A stretch of 64,000 nt of DNA from a bacterium (GTDB lineage: Bacteria > Electryoneota > JAOADG01), in contig OY820579.1 in assembly GCA_963681965.1 (NCBI GenBank), positions 1,280,001 to 1,344,000 on the forward strand, read 5' to 3'. Below are positions 17,788 through 29,057 of the stretch, piece after piece (the stretch's first letter is position 1; every line of letters begins with the position of its first letter). The notes under the pieces were generated by a model. That model had not been told where the DNA came from. It saw only the letters and a program-made list of their open reading frames with translations, and ran no database searches. A program made the position numbers and the translations under genes.

Positions 17788-20256
17788 CTATCGTCGACTG
17801 GATCGCTTCACGACTCTTGGTGTCGCCTTCTTCTCTTTCTTGGTCTTCTTCGATTTACTATTCTCGTTTGTTTTCGGTGTGAATTTTGAATGCGAACTCG
17901 GCACGATCGTCGATTTCAAATGTTGTACTGGACTGCTTTGCGATTCGAGAAAAGCTTCAAAGCGATGTCGGCGTTGATCGACACGATCGATCGTGATCCG
18001 AATTCGATCGCCTAGTTTGATCGAGACTACACCGTTGCGACTGCGCAATTCGTGATGCCGGGGATTGAAAATCAAATATCCTTCGCCAAGTCGATCCACC
18101 GGAATAAACGTTTGAGCTAAAGTATCGATTAATTCTACATGGATTCCACGCGGTTTCACTGCAACGACAATTGCATCAAGCGACTTTCCAATGAATGTCT
18201 CAATGTACTCAACTTGTTTCCATTTGATCCCTTCGCGCTCGGCACCGGTAGCCGCGCGCTCACGATCGGAACAGTGTTTACAGAGATCTTCCAGGATCTC
18301 CTGATAATTCTCAGGAATTTTTCGACGCTTTCGCTCAATCAAATGGTCGATCAACAACCGATGTACCATAATGTCGGGATAACGCCGGATTGGACTAGTG
18401 AAATGCGTGTAATCCGCAAATCCTAAACCGAAATGTCCGACATTGTTGGTGGAATATTCCGCCCGCATCATACTGCGAATCGCCAAGTCCATCAATACTG
18501 GTGTCTCGGGATGACCGAGCAACGAATGTACGAACCGCTGGAAGTCTTTCGAATTGTCCGCTAAACCACCGGTCCACTCATAGCCCAAGTCTTCTGCTAG
18601 AAAAATAAATTCGTCGAGACGAGCATCATCCGGTTTTTCATGAATTCGATATACAAACGGTAATTTGTGTTTGGTCTGAATATGGAATTGTTCAGTAACA
18701 GTGCGATTCGCCAGCAGCATCCACTCTTCAATAATCCGATAACTCTCGATTGACGGTCGAGGAGTAATCGAGGAAGGTTTGCCGTCGGGTGCTAATTCTA
18801 TCTCAACTTCAGCGGTTTCAAATTCGATGCCGCCGCGATCTAACCTCTCAGATCGTAATTTTCTGGCAAACCATCGTAACCCTGTCAATCGTGCTTCCCA
18901 TGGATTCGAAATTCCGGCTTTTATGCGTGGAATCCATCGGTCAGGTGCACCGCGCTTACGATCGTACTCGTCGAGTATCTGTTGCACTTCTTCGTAATTG
19001 AATCGATGACGCGATTTTATCCATGATCGAACGATTTTAGTTTCGCGAATATCCCCGTCGGATGTCAACCAGAATAGCGCCGAAACCGCGCGACGTTTTT
19101 CATTAGGACGGAGAGAACAAATATCCCCAGTCAAGCGTTCCGGAAGCATCGACGATGCCCCTTGCGGCAAATAAACCGAGGTGGCACGAAATTTTGCTGC
19201 TTGATCGATTACATCGTCCGATTTTAAATAGTAGGACACATCGGCAATGTGGACCGCAGCAAACCAGCCGTCTTCATCAGGTTCCAGCGTCACAGCATCG
19301 TCGAAATCTTTCGCATTCACCGGATCGATCGTACAACTAACCAAATGAGTAAGATCTTCACGTTCATTGTCTCGAACCGGATCGGGATCGATCGATAGTG
19401 ACTCGGCTGCACTGATGGTTTCGGAATTGAAATTCAACGGAAAACCGTACATTCGCAATAATGTCGCTCGCTCAGTTGCCAATTCACCCGGATACCCAAG
19501 GATATCGACAATACGTCCGCGCATCGTTTCCTGCAACGGGGTATTATCGGGAATCTCTACTTCTACTTGTTGATTGTCTTTCGCTCCGGCAGTTTGTCCA
19601 CCGGCAATCACGATTCTGCGAACTCCAGCGAGCGATTCCGGAATTACATATCCACCACCACCGCCACCGACAAACAACCCGATGATAGCGCGTTGAGATT
19701 TTTCCAAAACTCGTTCGACATAAGCTTCAGTGCGACCACCTCGGAATCGTCGAACCTCCGCTAATACTTTATCGCCATTACGAGCAAATCCCATCGATTC
19801 GCGCGGTACATAGAAGTCTTCTTCCGACTCTGTTTCAGTAACAAGGAACCCATACCCTTCGTCTTTGACAATCAATCGTCCGGAAACTAATTCGCGACTT
19901 TGCGATTGGATATAAGCATCCAATTTTTTTCCAGATAGATTATTCCGGTCGTCGATATTGGGATCGGTAAAAACTTTTTTTGGTGGTTTGCTTGTTTTGA
20001 CTGGTTGCGGGGGTTCAACCGTCCGCGATTTCTGTTTGCTGGGAGGTTGATTCTGATGTTTGCGAAGTGCACTATTCAATACGACTTCACTTCCAACCCA
20101 ACTAATTTTTCCCGCATCGTGCAAATCAGCCAGAGCATTGAACAAATTGTGAACGCGTTTTCGGGGAATTCGCAAGGCTTGGACAATAAAGCTTGGTGCA
20201 ATCGGATCGCCGTGCCGTGTTGCCAGAAATTCCAGCACCATCTTGGTTAATTTCAT
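17788..20256 (-). CDS. rnr: Ribonuclease R
   Basis: CSD GYGF, IDPVNAKDFDDA, HIADVS, HFGL, YTHFTSPIRRYPD, S1 domain, basic tail. Confidence 0.95.
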   Translation of the reverse strand: MKLTKMVLEFLATRHGDPIAPSFIVQALRIPRKRVHNLFNALADLHDAGKISWVGSEVVLNSALRKHQNQPPSKQKSRTVEPPQPVKTSKPPKKVFTDPNIDDRNNLSGKKLDAYIQSQSRELVSGRLIVKDEGYGFLVTETESEEDFYVPRESMGFARNGDKVLAEVRRFRGGRTEAYVERVLEKSQRAIIGLFVGGGGGGYVIPESLAGVRRIVIAGGQTAGAKDNQQVEVEIPDNTPLQETMRGRIVDILGYPGELATERATLLRMYGFPLNFNSETISAAESLSIDPDPVRDNEREDLTHLVSCTIDPVNAKDFDDAVTLEPDEDGWFAAVHIADVSYYLKSDDVIDQAAKFRATSVYLPQGASSMLPERLTGDICSLRPNEKRRAVSALFWLTSDGDIRETKIVRSWIKSRHRFNYEEVQQILDEYDRKRGAPDRWIPRIKAGISNPWEARLTGLRWFARKLRSERLDRGGIEFETAEVEIELAPDGKPSSITPRPSIESYRIIEEWMLLANRTVTEQFHIQTKHKLPFVYRIHEKPDDARLDEFIFLAEDLGYEWTGGLADNSKDFQRFVHSLLGHPETPVLMDLAIRSMMRAEYSTNNVGHFGLGFADYTHFTSPIRRYPDIMVHRLLIDHLIERKRRKIPENYQEILEDLCKHCSDRERAATGAEREGIKWKQVEYIETFIGKSLDAIVVAVKPRGIHVELIDTLAQTFIPVDRLGEGYLIFNPRHHELRSRNGVVSIKLGDRIRITIDRVDQRRHRFEAFLESQSSPVQHLKSTIVPSSHSKFTPKTNENSKSKKTKKEKKATPRVVKRSSRR

Positions 20257-21128
20257 TTGAGAATTCCTCCGACAACGCGGGGAAGCCCGGCTAGATCGTT
20301 GCGTACAAATATCGATCGACTAATTGGTGATAGAATATTCTGAATATCGTTCGATTGATCTTTGCCTATTTCAAAAGTAAAAGCTGTTCCCGAACGACCC
20401 CATTCCGGTAATCTCTTCGCAAAACTACGATAAGGATCGAGACCATCTTCGCCGCCGAACAGTGCTTCCGCCGGGTCAAACAACACTTCGGGGGTGAGGG
20501 TATCGCGATCGCGCAATGGGATATAGGGTGGATTGGATACGATGAAATCGAACTTGGGTGATTCCGCCGATAGTTGAAATTTTCCTGCTCGGAGTTGTTG
20601 CAAAGAAAGTTGATCGGTAATTCCGAGTTGATCGGCAATTGATTTTGTCGTGGATATCGCAGTATCGCTGCAATCGATTCCTACTGCCGACGATTCTTGC
20701 CACTGTTTCAATAACGAACAACAAATTACACCACTCCCGACACCAATCTCTAGAAATCGTCTGGGAGCAATTTGTTCCGGGAATAATTCTAATGGAAGTT
20801 TTGCGACCCAATCGACCCACTCTTCGGTTTCCGGTCGTGGGATAAATACCCCTTCGCTAACGGGAAAACGACTGCCGAGAAAATCTACTCCACCAAGTAA
20901 CCATTGAAGTGGATGATGAAGAGTGCGTCGTTTTAACCAATCACGCATCGTTAGCAGATTGGAGTCCGATATCGGTTGATCGAAACGGAGATAGACTTCC
21001 AATCGTTTACAGTCAAGGATCGTAGCGAGCATATCTTCCAGCTCGCGACGAGCATCGGCAGAAGGAATTTGATTCGCTTTCGCTAAATATTCCTGTCCCG
21101 ATAACAGCACATCGCGAACGGTTTTCAC
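20253..21128 (-). CDS. prmC: Release factor glutamine methyltransferase
   Basis: [21 protein letters not shown]; overlaps prfA. Confidence 0.96.
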   Translation of the reverse strand: MKTVRDVLLSGQEYLAKANQIPSADARRELEDMLATILDCKRLEVYLRFDQPISDSNLLTMRDWLKRRTLHHPLQWLLGGVDFLGSRFPVSEGVFIPRPETEEWVDWVAKLPLELFPEQIAPRRFLEIGVGSGVICCSLLKQWQESSAVGIDCSDTAISTTKSIADQLGITDQLSLQQLRAGKFQLSAESPKFDFIVSNPPYIPLRDRDTLTPEVLFDPAEALFGGEDGLDPYRSFAKRLPEWGRSGTAFTFEIGKDQSNDIQNILSPISRSIFVRNDLAGLPRVVGGILK

Positions 21129-22222
21129 GAGGACTGCTTTGCTAATCGCGCCATTCGCTCCGAACGGTCGGCTAATACCAACGCATTCAACATTTCATCG
21201 ATGTCGCCTGCAAGAAATTCGGGAATATTAAAAATTGTCAAATTGATCCGGTGATCGGTCACGCGGCTTTGAGGAAAATTATAGGTTCGGATCTTTGCCG
21301 ATCGATCGCCGGTAGAAACCATGGCACGGCGAACTGCGGCTTCTTTCTGTTCTTTTTCTTGCAGTGCCCGGTCGAATAGGCGGGTGCGGAGAATCTGCAT
21401 AGCACGTGCGCGATTCTTGATTTGCGATCGCTCGTCGCTGCAGGTCACTACTAAACCAGTAGGAAGGTGGGTAACGCGAACTGCCGAATCGGTCATATTT
21501 ACGTGTTGTCCACCGGCGCCACTAGCTCGGTACGTATCGATTCGCAGTTCTTTTTCGTCAATCGTGACATCGACTTCTTCGGCTGCCGGAAGCACTGCCA
21601 CACTGGCAGCGCTGGTGTGAATTCGACCCGAAGCCTCGGTTGCCGGAACGCGCTGGACACGGTGAACGCCGGATTCATATTTCATTTGCCCATAGGCGCC
21701 ATCGCCGGAGATTGCAATAACTGCTTCTTTCACACCGCCTAGTTCACCTTCGGACATTGAGAGTGGTTCCCACTTGTAGCGTTTTCGCTCGACCCAGCGT
21801 TGATACATCCGGAGCAAATCCGCGGCAAAAAGCGCAGCTTCGTCGCCACCGGTGCCGGCGCGGATTTCCAAAACGGCGTCGCGATCGTCGTCGGGATCGC
21901 GCGGTACCAACAGCGGTTTCAAAGTATCCCAAACTTGTGGTAGTGCGGTCTCAGCTTCGCTCAATTCTGTTTGTGCGAGTTCCTTCAATTCATCGTCGCC
22001 ACTATCGAGTAACTCTTTCGCTTCGTCAATCTGTTGTTCGATCTTTTCCAGTTGAGAATAGAGTTCTACTAGTGGTTGTAATCGACGTCGCTCGCGCGAT
22101 AATTCGCGAAGTTGTCGTTGATCGGTCAATACTTCAGAGGTTGCAAGCAATTGCTCTAATTCCGCAAATCGGTTGCGCAACGTTTCTAAATGCGATCTTA
22201 CATCGGGGGTGATTTCGTCCAT
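21125..22222 (-). CDS. prfA: Peptide chain release factor 1
   Basis: [19 protein letters not shown] (PxT), [16 protein letters not shown]. Confidence 0.98.
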   Translation of the reverse strand: MDEITPDVRSHLETLRNRFAELEQLLATSEVLTDQRQLRELSRERRRLQPLVELYSQLEKIEQQIDEAKELLDSGDDELKELAQTELSEAETALPQVWDTLKPLLVPRDPDDDRDAVLEIRAGTGGDEAALFAADLLRMYQRWVERKRYKWEPLSMSEGELGGVKEAVIAISGDGAYGQMKYESGVHRVQRVPATEASGRIHTSAASVAVLPAAEEVDVTIDEKELRIDTYRASGAGGQHVNMTDSAVRVTHLPTGLVVTCSDERSQIKNRARAMQILRTRLFDRALQEKEQKEAAVRRAMVSTGDRSAKIRTYNFPQSRVTDHRINLTIFNIPEFLAGDIDEMLNALVLADRSERMARLAKQSS

Positions 22223-22596
22223 CTGATTAAATTCTTCTTTATTTTATTGGAATCCACAATATATATCAAGAAACTGACAATTTCTGTATCAGCCAGTTCG
22301 AAAGGTAAGTACAGAGATCACAACATACCGAACAAGGGAAATATGAACAGAGACTATTATTCGATATGAATTTTCCCAATATCGCTAAATTGACTGAAAT
22401 ACTGTAAAGATATAACGTATTTGTCATAGTGATGTTATATATACTATTAATAATAAATGTTGTATAAGTAATGATCGTTGTGTTATGAAAAAAAAGACCT
22501 CGAAGTGACCGTATAAATTAAAAATTCTGGTAAAATCTGCCCGATAACAAATCTGATGCGTTATATTATACCTGACACAAATATCGATAGGATGAA

Positions 22597-24162
22597 ATGA
22601 CGGCAATCTTCCGACTCTGGTTTCCTCGCTACATGCTTGCCAATGTGTATGCAGTCATCTTGACTTCGCCGTTACTGTTCGGTGGTCTCGATATGCCGTT
22701 CGGGATGCCCGGTTTCACTCGCGCGATTGCTATCGGCTTTGCTTTTTCTGCACTAATCATGATGTTGGTCGATATCGGTGGTACGACATTTTATCTGCGT
22801 CACCGAAAACTTTCGCAATTCAATTCCGCGTTACTTGAAGAATTTCCGCTCTTCACCATCTATCGCTCAATGACAGTCCATTGGCTCGGTTTCTGTATTC
22901 CACTTTCGATTTTCTGGCAACAAGCTTATCATCGACTGGGATTGCCGATTATCGGAGTCGATCAAATTTACTTCATCGTCGTATCGCTGCTAACATCGTA
23001 TATCCATGCTATCCTCGAATACTATTTTGTGGTCACGCAACTCGAACCGAAATGCCTCGGGTTCCGACCTCCGGATTTCGAACGGAAAGTGAAGCGAATA
23101 TCGCTCGCCGATAAAATCTCGCGAATCACTCTCTTTGTCGGTGTTATTCCGCTGACGTTGCTCTCGTTCACGCTATATTTGAAACTAGCCCACGCACGTC
23201 AACTCAACATTCCGATCGACTTGTTGATCCGGCAAATTTCGATTTGGTCCTTCGCATACGTGATGTTGGCGGTTGCAATCTCGCTATTGCTCGTTCGGAT
23301 GCTTGCTCGCGATATTGCCATCGGTTCCTGGCGTCTTACCGAAGGTTTCGAACGACTGGCTGCCGGCGATACGACTCACCGATTGGAAGTTGCCACTGCC
23401 GACGAATTCGAAAGTCTTGCCGATAGCTTCAATAAACTGGTAACCGAACTGGAATCGAAAGACACGATCTATCGCGAATTCGGTAGACATGTCGATCCAT
23501 CTATCCGCGACGAACTACTATCCGGTAGATTGCGACCGGAAGGTGAACTCCGGCAAGCGGTGATCTTATTTTGCGATATTGCCGATTTTACAATTTTATC
23601 CGAACAGATCAAACCGACCGAATTGATCTCGTACATGAATGACTTGCTCAATCGATTGGTCATTAATATTACCAATCATAAAGGAACGATCAATAAGTTT
23701 CTCGGAGATGCGATTTTAGCCTTTTGGAATGTCTCGCTAGACGGTGAAAGTGTCGAGCGTAATGCTATCCACTGTGCCATTGAAATGCAGGAAGAAGTCG
23801 CCCGGTTTAACGCCGATCATCAGCAATGGCGCGAGGCATACACACCACCGATACCACCGTTACGTCTCGGAATCGGAGTACATTCCGGTTCAATGATTGC
23901 TGGAACGATCGGTAGTGAACAGCGGCGGGAATATTCAATTTTTGGATCGAATGTTAATTTAGCTGCGCGATTACAGCAGCAAACCCGGCAGGTTAGATGT
24001 AATATCCTGATTAGTGAAACGATTTTCGACGATGTGCAACAGCAAATGGTATCGGCTCAGGAAGTAATATTCATTCCAATGGGACATGTCGCAATGAAAG
24101 GCTTCGCCGATCCCCAGAAAATATTCGGGGTCGTGAAACGACCCCCGGAATTACATGATTAA
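22597..24162 (+). CDS. Membrane-bound class III adenylate cyclase with HAMP domain
   Basis: About 6 TM helices, HAMP (DEFESLADSFN), LFCDIADFT, KFLGD, GSNVNLAARLQ. Confidence 0.9.
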   Translation: MTAIFRLWFPRYMLANVYAVILTSPLLFGGLDMPFGMPGFTRAIAIGFAFSALIMMLVDIGGTTFYLRHRKLSQFNSALLEEFPLFTIYRSMTVHWLGFCIPLSIFWQQAYHRLGLPIIGVDQIYFIVVSLLTSYIHAILEYYFVVTQLEPKCLGFRPPDFERKVKRISLADKISRITLFVGVIPLTLLSFTLYLKLAHARQLNIPIDLLIRQISIWSFAYVMLAVAISLLLVRMLARDIAIGSWRLTEGFERLAAGDTTHRLEVATADEFESLADSFNKLVTELESKDTIYREFGRHVDPSIRDELLSGRLRPEGELRQAVILFCDIADFTILSEQIKPTELISYMNDLLNRLVINITNHKGTINKFLGDAILAFWNVSLDGESVERNAIHCAIEMQEEVARFNADHQQWREAYTPPIPPLRLGIGVHSGSMIAGTIGSEQRREYSIFGSNVNLAARLQQQTRQVRCNILISETIFDDVQQQMVSAQEVIFIPMGHVAMKGFADPQKIFGVVKRPPELHD

Positions 24163-24256
24163 TGTTCGAGAATACTACTGAGTTACTTTTCAGTGAAGAA
24201 TTGAACCCTTCGAATACTCATATCCTCAGAAATCCACCCCTCACTCCCGTTTGAAA

Positions 24257-25861
24257 TTAATTGCTCGGATGTTTGACTGAGTAGACGTTAACCAACGGTT
24301 TCTTGCTGGAATAAACCAGACGATCGATCGGTATATTCGATGGTACATAGTTGTAGTAATCGAAGTAGTATTGCGCTGAATCGGCAATCCATTGAATATC
24401 CTTGACGCCGTTTCGTCGGTAATCTTCGAAGTATCGATCAGAAAGCGGAATTTTCCGCGCAACACCGGAGTCGGGTTCGATAAACAATCCGTAGCTTCGG
24501 GAATGAAGAAGAAATGCCAACTGTCCGGTGTTGATCCGATTGTTGCCGACGAAATTACCTTGAACATTTTTTTCTTTCAGCGCCGATACAACCGCAGAAT
24601 AATCGGTTATATTTCTGCGTCCTTTGATAAAAAATATCCCTAGCCCTGCGGCTGCATTTATGAAGGCAAAACACAATAACAGATTCAAAATGGTCTTCCG
24701 GTCGGAAAGTTCTTGCGCCAGTAAAGCGAGCAAAATGACCATCAAGTAGACATCGATTTGAATATATCGGAATGAGAGCTGGAAAATTAAATGAGCACCC
24801 ATGTGAATCACAATAAATGACAGCAACAGAAAGAGCGCGTAATGTTGTCGATATCGCGAATGCCGACAATAACGAAATAGAAATAAAATCAAGACAATCG
24901 GTAGTAAGACACCAGTGAACAAAAACTCTTTGGTAAAAATCTGTGCATTGATTTTAATTTTCGAAATAATCGTTCGCAAGCTACTTGGTTTGGCTTTCGG
25001 AACACTGACCTGTGAACCTGTTGCGAAATTGTAATGCATGTAATTTGTCGGATCTTCCCAATAGTCCCACGCGACAGCACTCGGTGGTGCTGTCATCATC
25101 ATAAAGCGATGGGTATGATTGCACCCTTTATTTGTGGCAAGTAAGACATTGATCGGTCCGGCACTACTGAGATTGAAAATGCCGTATTTCGCATAAATGA
25201 TTCCCATCCACCCGATCGATAAAAATAGGAAAATACTAAGAGTGATCGCGATCTCTTTTAGCGAACGCTTCGTAACGATCGAATGGATGAACAGTACGAT
25301 TAAATGGAATAAAACGATGTAAAACGCAATTGCTTTAGCGAAATAGGCTAGGAACGCAACAGCGCCCAACAAGACAAATTGGATTACCGACTTTGAAGAT
25401 TGAAATTCGATTAAAATTAAAATATAGAGCAGGAGACATACAGCATTTAACAGGTCGGGTGTGACGCCATTGTAAACAAAAATAGTTATCAACGGAATCA
25501 GAACGATGGAAATGAAATTGACGATTTTTTCGGTCAAAGCCAATTTGATCAAAATCCGCCGAATCACCCAAAGAGTTACAAGTCCTAGCAGACCCTGAAC
25601 GATATAGCCAACAAACAAACTGTTTTCATTGAGGAATAAAAACGGTGCAACAATAATAGGATATAGAGGTGACCAATAAGCGCTAAAGCCGTTGGAGAAA
25701 TCTAAGTGAGACAATTTTCGGGCAAGTGAAAGATATCCGCCGGAATCATATCCCCATTGCCATCTCATCGTAAAAAACAGTCCGATGATTGTAATTGCCA
25801 AACCGAAAAAAATCGATAGCTGCAAGATTTTTGAGCGGTTGGTCTGCGATTTGTCGTTCAT
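24257..25861 (-). CDS. Multi-TM GT-C-fold glycosyltransferase (ArnT/PMT-like)
   Basis: YDSGGY after TM1, YWSPLYP, TPDLL, YFAK; many TM helices. Confidence 0.7.
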   Translation of the reverse strand: MNDKSQTNRSKILQLSIFFGLAITIIGLFFTMRWQWGYDSGGYLSLARKLSHLDFSNGFSAYWSPLYPIIVAPFLFLNENSLFVGYIVQGLLGLVTLWVIRRILIKLALTEKIVNFISIVLIPLITIFVYNGVTPDLLNAVCLLLYILILIEFQSSKSVIQFVLLGAVAFLAYFAKAIAFYIVLFHLIVLFIHSIVTKRSLKEIAITLSIFLFLSIGWMGIIYAKYGIFNLSSAGPINVLLATNKGCNHTHRFMMMTAPPSAVAWDYWEDPTNYMHYNFATGSQVSVPKAKPSSLRTIISKIKINAQIFTKEFLFTGVLLPIVLILFLFRYCRHSRYRQHYALFLLLSFIVIHMGAHLIFQLSFRYIQIDVYLMVILLALLAQELSDRKTILNLLLCFAFINAAAGLGIFFIKGRRNITDYSAVVSALKEKNVQGNFVGNNRINTGQLAFLLHSRSYGLFIEPDSGVARKIPLSDRYFEDYRRNGVKDIQWIADSAQYYFDYYNYVPSNIPIDRLVYSSKKPLVNVYSVKHPSN

Positions 25862-25888
25862 TGGATAGACTCCTAGGGAGGATCGTAA

Positions 25889-26935
25889 TCAAGATTTTGG
25901 ATTTTTCTCCATGCGCTTGAGATATAAAACGCCGCCCCACATCGCCCAGAGATAGACCGTCATTCGCATGTACAATGCGATCGCAGCGCCCATACCGCCC
26001 AGATTTAACCGGATAAAGATTTCCGATGTGACCGATTCGCCAATTCCCAATCCACCAAGTGTCAACGGGATCAGATTCGAAACGGTAGAAAGTGGAACAA
26101 CAATGAAGGGTACCCAAATCGGGATATCGACGGAGAGCGCCAAAGCCGCAAAATAAAATAATAGTGCGTTGACAATGGCATTAATCAATGAAACAGAGTA
26201 AATCGGAATCATGTGACTTCGGTTTTCGCGATATGCCTCGACCACCGAAGAATAGGATGTACGAAAACGGGTCGGTACGAGTGGATACATCAACTTGCTG
26301 ATCCGTCTCGAGAAGAAAACCGCAACCATCAAGAACATACCGACTAACAGCACGCCAAAGAATAGCCAATTCATCCACGTGATTGTTTCAGTCGGGTCTA
26401 CTAGAAAAGTATGGCGGTAAATTAATACGACCACACCAATAACCAGCATGCTGTGAAATCCGATGACCCGATCAAGCAATACCGATGATACCGCAGACAT
26501 GCGACCGGCTTGTTTTCCCGAAATTAAATTGTAACCACGCGAAACGTCGCCACCGATTCCACCCGGAGTGAATATCGCGAAGAACATTCCAATCCAAGTC
26601 CACCGTAAGGTTTGGCTCACCGGAATTTTTGTGCCAACATTTCGGAGCAACAAGTTCCACCGCCACGATGCAAAGAAAATGCAACCGAATCCAGCGATGA
26701 AACTCAAGACGATCCAAATCAATCGATCGGTAGAGAAAGCGGTAGATAGGATTTCGAAATCGATTCGTTTCGTGGCAATTAACCACCAGAAAACGCCCAC
26801 TGTGGTTGCCAACTTGACGATTTGAAACAATCGCTTTTTAAGTTGCGACTTCGATTCGGGTTTGGTGGTTTCGCTCAAGATCGGTTCGGTCCTGTTGTCG
26901 TTGAAAAGTAACTTACTTAAACGATCGGATTGCAT
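25889..26935 (-). CDS. Lysylphosphatidylglycerol-synthase TM (flippase-like) protein
   Basis: RWNLLL, PGGIGGD, LDRVIG, PLTLGGLGIGE. Confidence 0.88.
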   Translation of the reverse strand: MQSDRLSKLLFNDNRTEPILSETTKPESKSQLKKRLFQIVKLATTVGVFWWLIATKRIDFEILSTAFSTDRLIWIVLSFIAGFGCIFFASWRWNLLLRNVGTKIPVSQTLRWTWIGMFFAIFTPGGIGGDVSRGYNLISGKQAGRMSAVSSVLLDRVIGFHSMLVIGVVVLIYRHTFLVDPTETITWMNWLFFGVLLVGMFLMVAVFFSRRISKLMYPLVPTRFRTSYSSVVEAYRENRSHMIPIYSVSLINAIVNALLFYFAALALSVDIPIWVPFIVVPLSTVSNLIPLTLGGLGIGESVTSEIFIRLNLGGMGAAIALYMRMTVYLWAMWGGVLYLKRMEKNPKS

Positions 26936-28010
26936 CGATCGTAAAGTCGATCGCTTCAGTTGTGAGATATTGTTGAACGGGAAGACTCAAAATGCGATCG
27001 GACTGTCGTTCGCATTCCGGGAAATCGCCCTTTTTGTACCCAGTACTGGATGCCGCAGGTTGCAAGTGAATCGGTATCGGATAATGGACCTTTGTGTCGA
27101 TTCCCTTATCAGCTAGATATTTCTGCAATTCGTTACGACGATCGTGCAGAATCACGAAGAGATGGTACACCGCATGAATATTCTGCTCGGGAACCGGTAA
27201 GACCAACCCCGAAATACCCACCAATCCTTTACGGTAGCGCTCGGCATTACTGCGACGCGTATTGTTCCAATCCGTCAAGTGGGGAAGTTTTACGCGAATT
27301 AAAGCTGCCTGTAAGGAATCCAACCGGACATTGTAGGACCAGAATTCGCATGTGTCGCGATCGCGTAAGCCGTGGTTGCGCGCCTTGCGGAACCATTCTG
27401 CCATCGTGGCATCGTTGGTGATAATCGCACCGCCGTCGCCGCAGGCATTCAGATTCTTCAACGGGTGAAGACTGATACAGCCGACATCGCCCCAGAGCCC
27501 AACATGACGATTTTCGTACGAGGCGCCGATCGCTTGCGCACAATCTTCAATCACACGAAGATTATGACGTTTTGCCACAGCAAGTATTTCCGCCATCTTT
27601 GCCGGTCGACCGGTCAAATGCACAACGATAATCGCTTTGGTCTTCGGAGTGATTCTTCGCTCAACATCGACCGGATCCAAGTTGTAATCATCACCGACAT
27701 CGGCGAACCGAATGGTCGCACCAGCCAACCAGATACTCGATGCCGAGGCTAAAAATGAATTCGGCGCTGTGATCACTTCATCGCCGGTTCCGATTCCGAA
27801 ATATTTCAACGCCAAGACCAATGCATCGGTACACGAGTGCAGCGATATCGCATGTTTGGCACCGGTAAATGCGGCTAGTTCGGTTTCCAGTTTCTCGACT
27901 TCTTCACCGAGAATAAACTGACCCGACCGCAATACTTTTTCGGTAGCAGCCAATAGATCTGGCATCAATTCATTGTGTTGATGCGGTAAATCGATAAATG
28001 GAACGCGCAT
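26913..28010 (-). CDS. DegT/DnrJ/EryC1/StrS sugar aminotransferase
   Basis: VHLTG, EDCAQAIGA, SLHPLKNL, GDGG, RLDSLQAA. Confidence 0.95.
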   Translation of the reverse strand: MRVPFIDLPHQHNELMPDLLAATEKVLRSGQFILGEEVEKLETELAAFTGAKHAISLHSCTDALVLALKYFGIGTGDEVITAPNSFLASASSIWLAGATIRFADVGDDYNLDPVDVERRITPKTKAIIVVHLTGRPAKMAEILAVAKRHNLRVIEDCAQAIGASYENRHVGLWGDVGCISLHPLKNLNACGDGGAIITNDATMAEWFRKARNHGLRDRDTCEFWSYNVRLDSLQAALIRVKLPHLTDWNNTRRSNAERYRKGLVGISGLVLPVPEQNIHAVYHLFVILHDRRNELQKYLADKGIDTKVHYPIPIHLQPAASSTGYKKGDFPECERQSDRILSLPVQQYLTTEAIDFTIDAIRSFK

Positions 28011-28029
28011 TGAATTTCTCCCTGACCAG

Positions 28030-29022
28030 CTATTGTACGTTCAATGCTTGCATATGCTTCACATTGTAATAACGCGTATCGTCTAAGTTGGGGAACTTGC
28101 CTGTTTCCAATGCGTCTTTCAACGATTGCACTGCTGCATCAAGTGAGAAATGTGGTTCCCAGTTCAATTCGCGTTTAATTTTTTCGCCGGATGTATGGTA
28201 GCTGCGATTGTCCCTCGTTTGAGTAATTTCCATTTCGACATTATCGAACATCCCGGCAACCAATCGCGCCATCGTACCCACCGAATAGTTTTCGTTCCGG
28301 ACGTTCCAGACTTTACCACTAAGGAATTCGGGATCCTTATCGAGCAACAACGCATACAATTCAATCATATCGTCGATTGTCAGACTCGGACGGAGTTGAT
28401 CGCCACCGTCGATACGCAAATGTCGATGACGCCATGCCTGCAGCGTAAAAATATTCACCGTTAAGTCGAGTCGCTGACGTGGACTATAACCGCATAACGT
28501 ACCGGGATGTAAAACCACCGGCGCGATCCCCTTATCTTTCAGCGCAAGAACATACGGCATCGTTTCCGATTTGTATTTTCCGTAAAGTGTCAACGGTTCA
28601 TGCTTGTCTTCTTCAGTGACGTTCGGATTTTCTTTCAACCCGTATACCGAGGAACTACCGGCGTAAATGAATCGAGCCAGTGGTTTCTTAGCCGCTTCTT
28701 CAACGTACATTAACACCGCATCGAGACTAACTGCTTTGGTCAATGTCGGATTTAAATCTGCCGATGGATCGTTGGAAATGCATGCCAGGTGAATGACGTC
28801 GGTGGCGCCTTCCAAACTTTTTTGCACCAGTTTGCGGTCGCGAAGGTCGCCTTTCACAATTTCCAAATTGGGATTACTGCGAACTGAATCGAGTACGTCA
28901 TCGCCGAACCAAAAAGTATCGACCACTCGAACACGATGACCTTTTTCCAATAGCATCGGAACAAGCCGAGCGCCTACATATCCGGCACCGCCGGGAATTA
29001 CTACTAAATCGTTCTTATTCAT
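28030..29022 (-). CDS. NAD-dependent epimerase/dehydratase (extended SDR)
   Basis: GGAGYVG, HLACISND, SSSVYG, YGKYK; start moved to ATG 29022. Confidence 0.92.
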   Translation of the reverse strand: MNKNDLVVIPGGAGYVGARLVPMLLEKGHRVRVVDTFWFGDDVLDSVRSNPNLEIVKGDLRDRKLVQKSLEGATDVIHLACISNDPSADLNPTLTKAVSLDAVLMYVEEAAKKPLARFIYAGSSSVYGLKENPNVTEEDKHEPLTLYGKYKSETMPYVLALKDKGIAPVVLHPGTLCGYSPRQRLDLTVNIFTLQAWRHRHLRIDGGDQLRPSLTIDDMIELYALLLDKDPEFLSGKVWNVRNENYSVGTMARLVAGMFDNVEMEITQTRDNRSYHTSGEKIKRELNWEPHFSLDAAVQSLKDALETGKFPNLDDTRYYNVKHMQALNVQ

Positions 29023-29057
29023 TTGAATGCCTTGATAATTCCTACTAGTAGCAGTTA

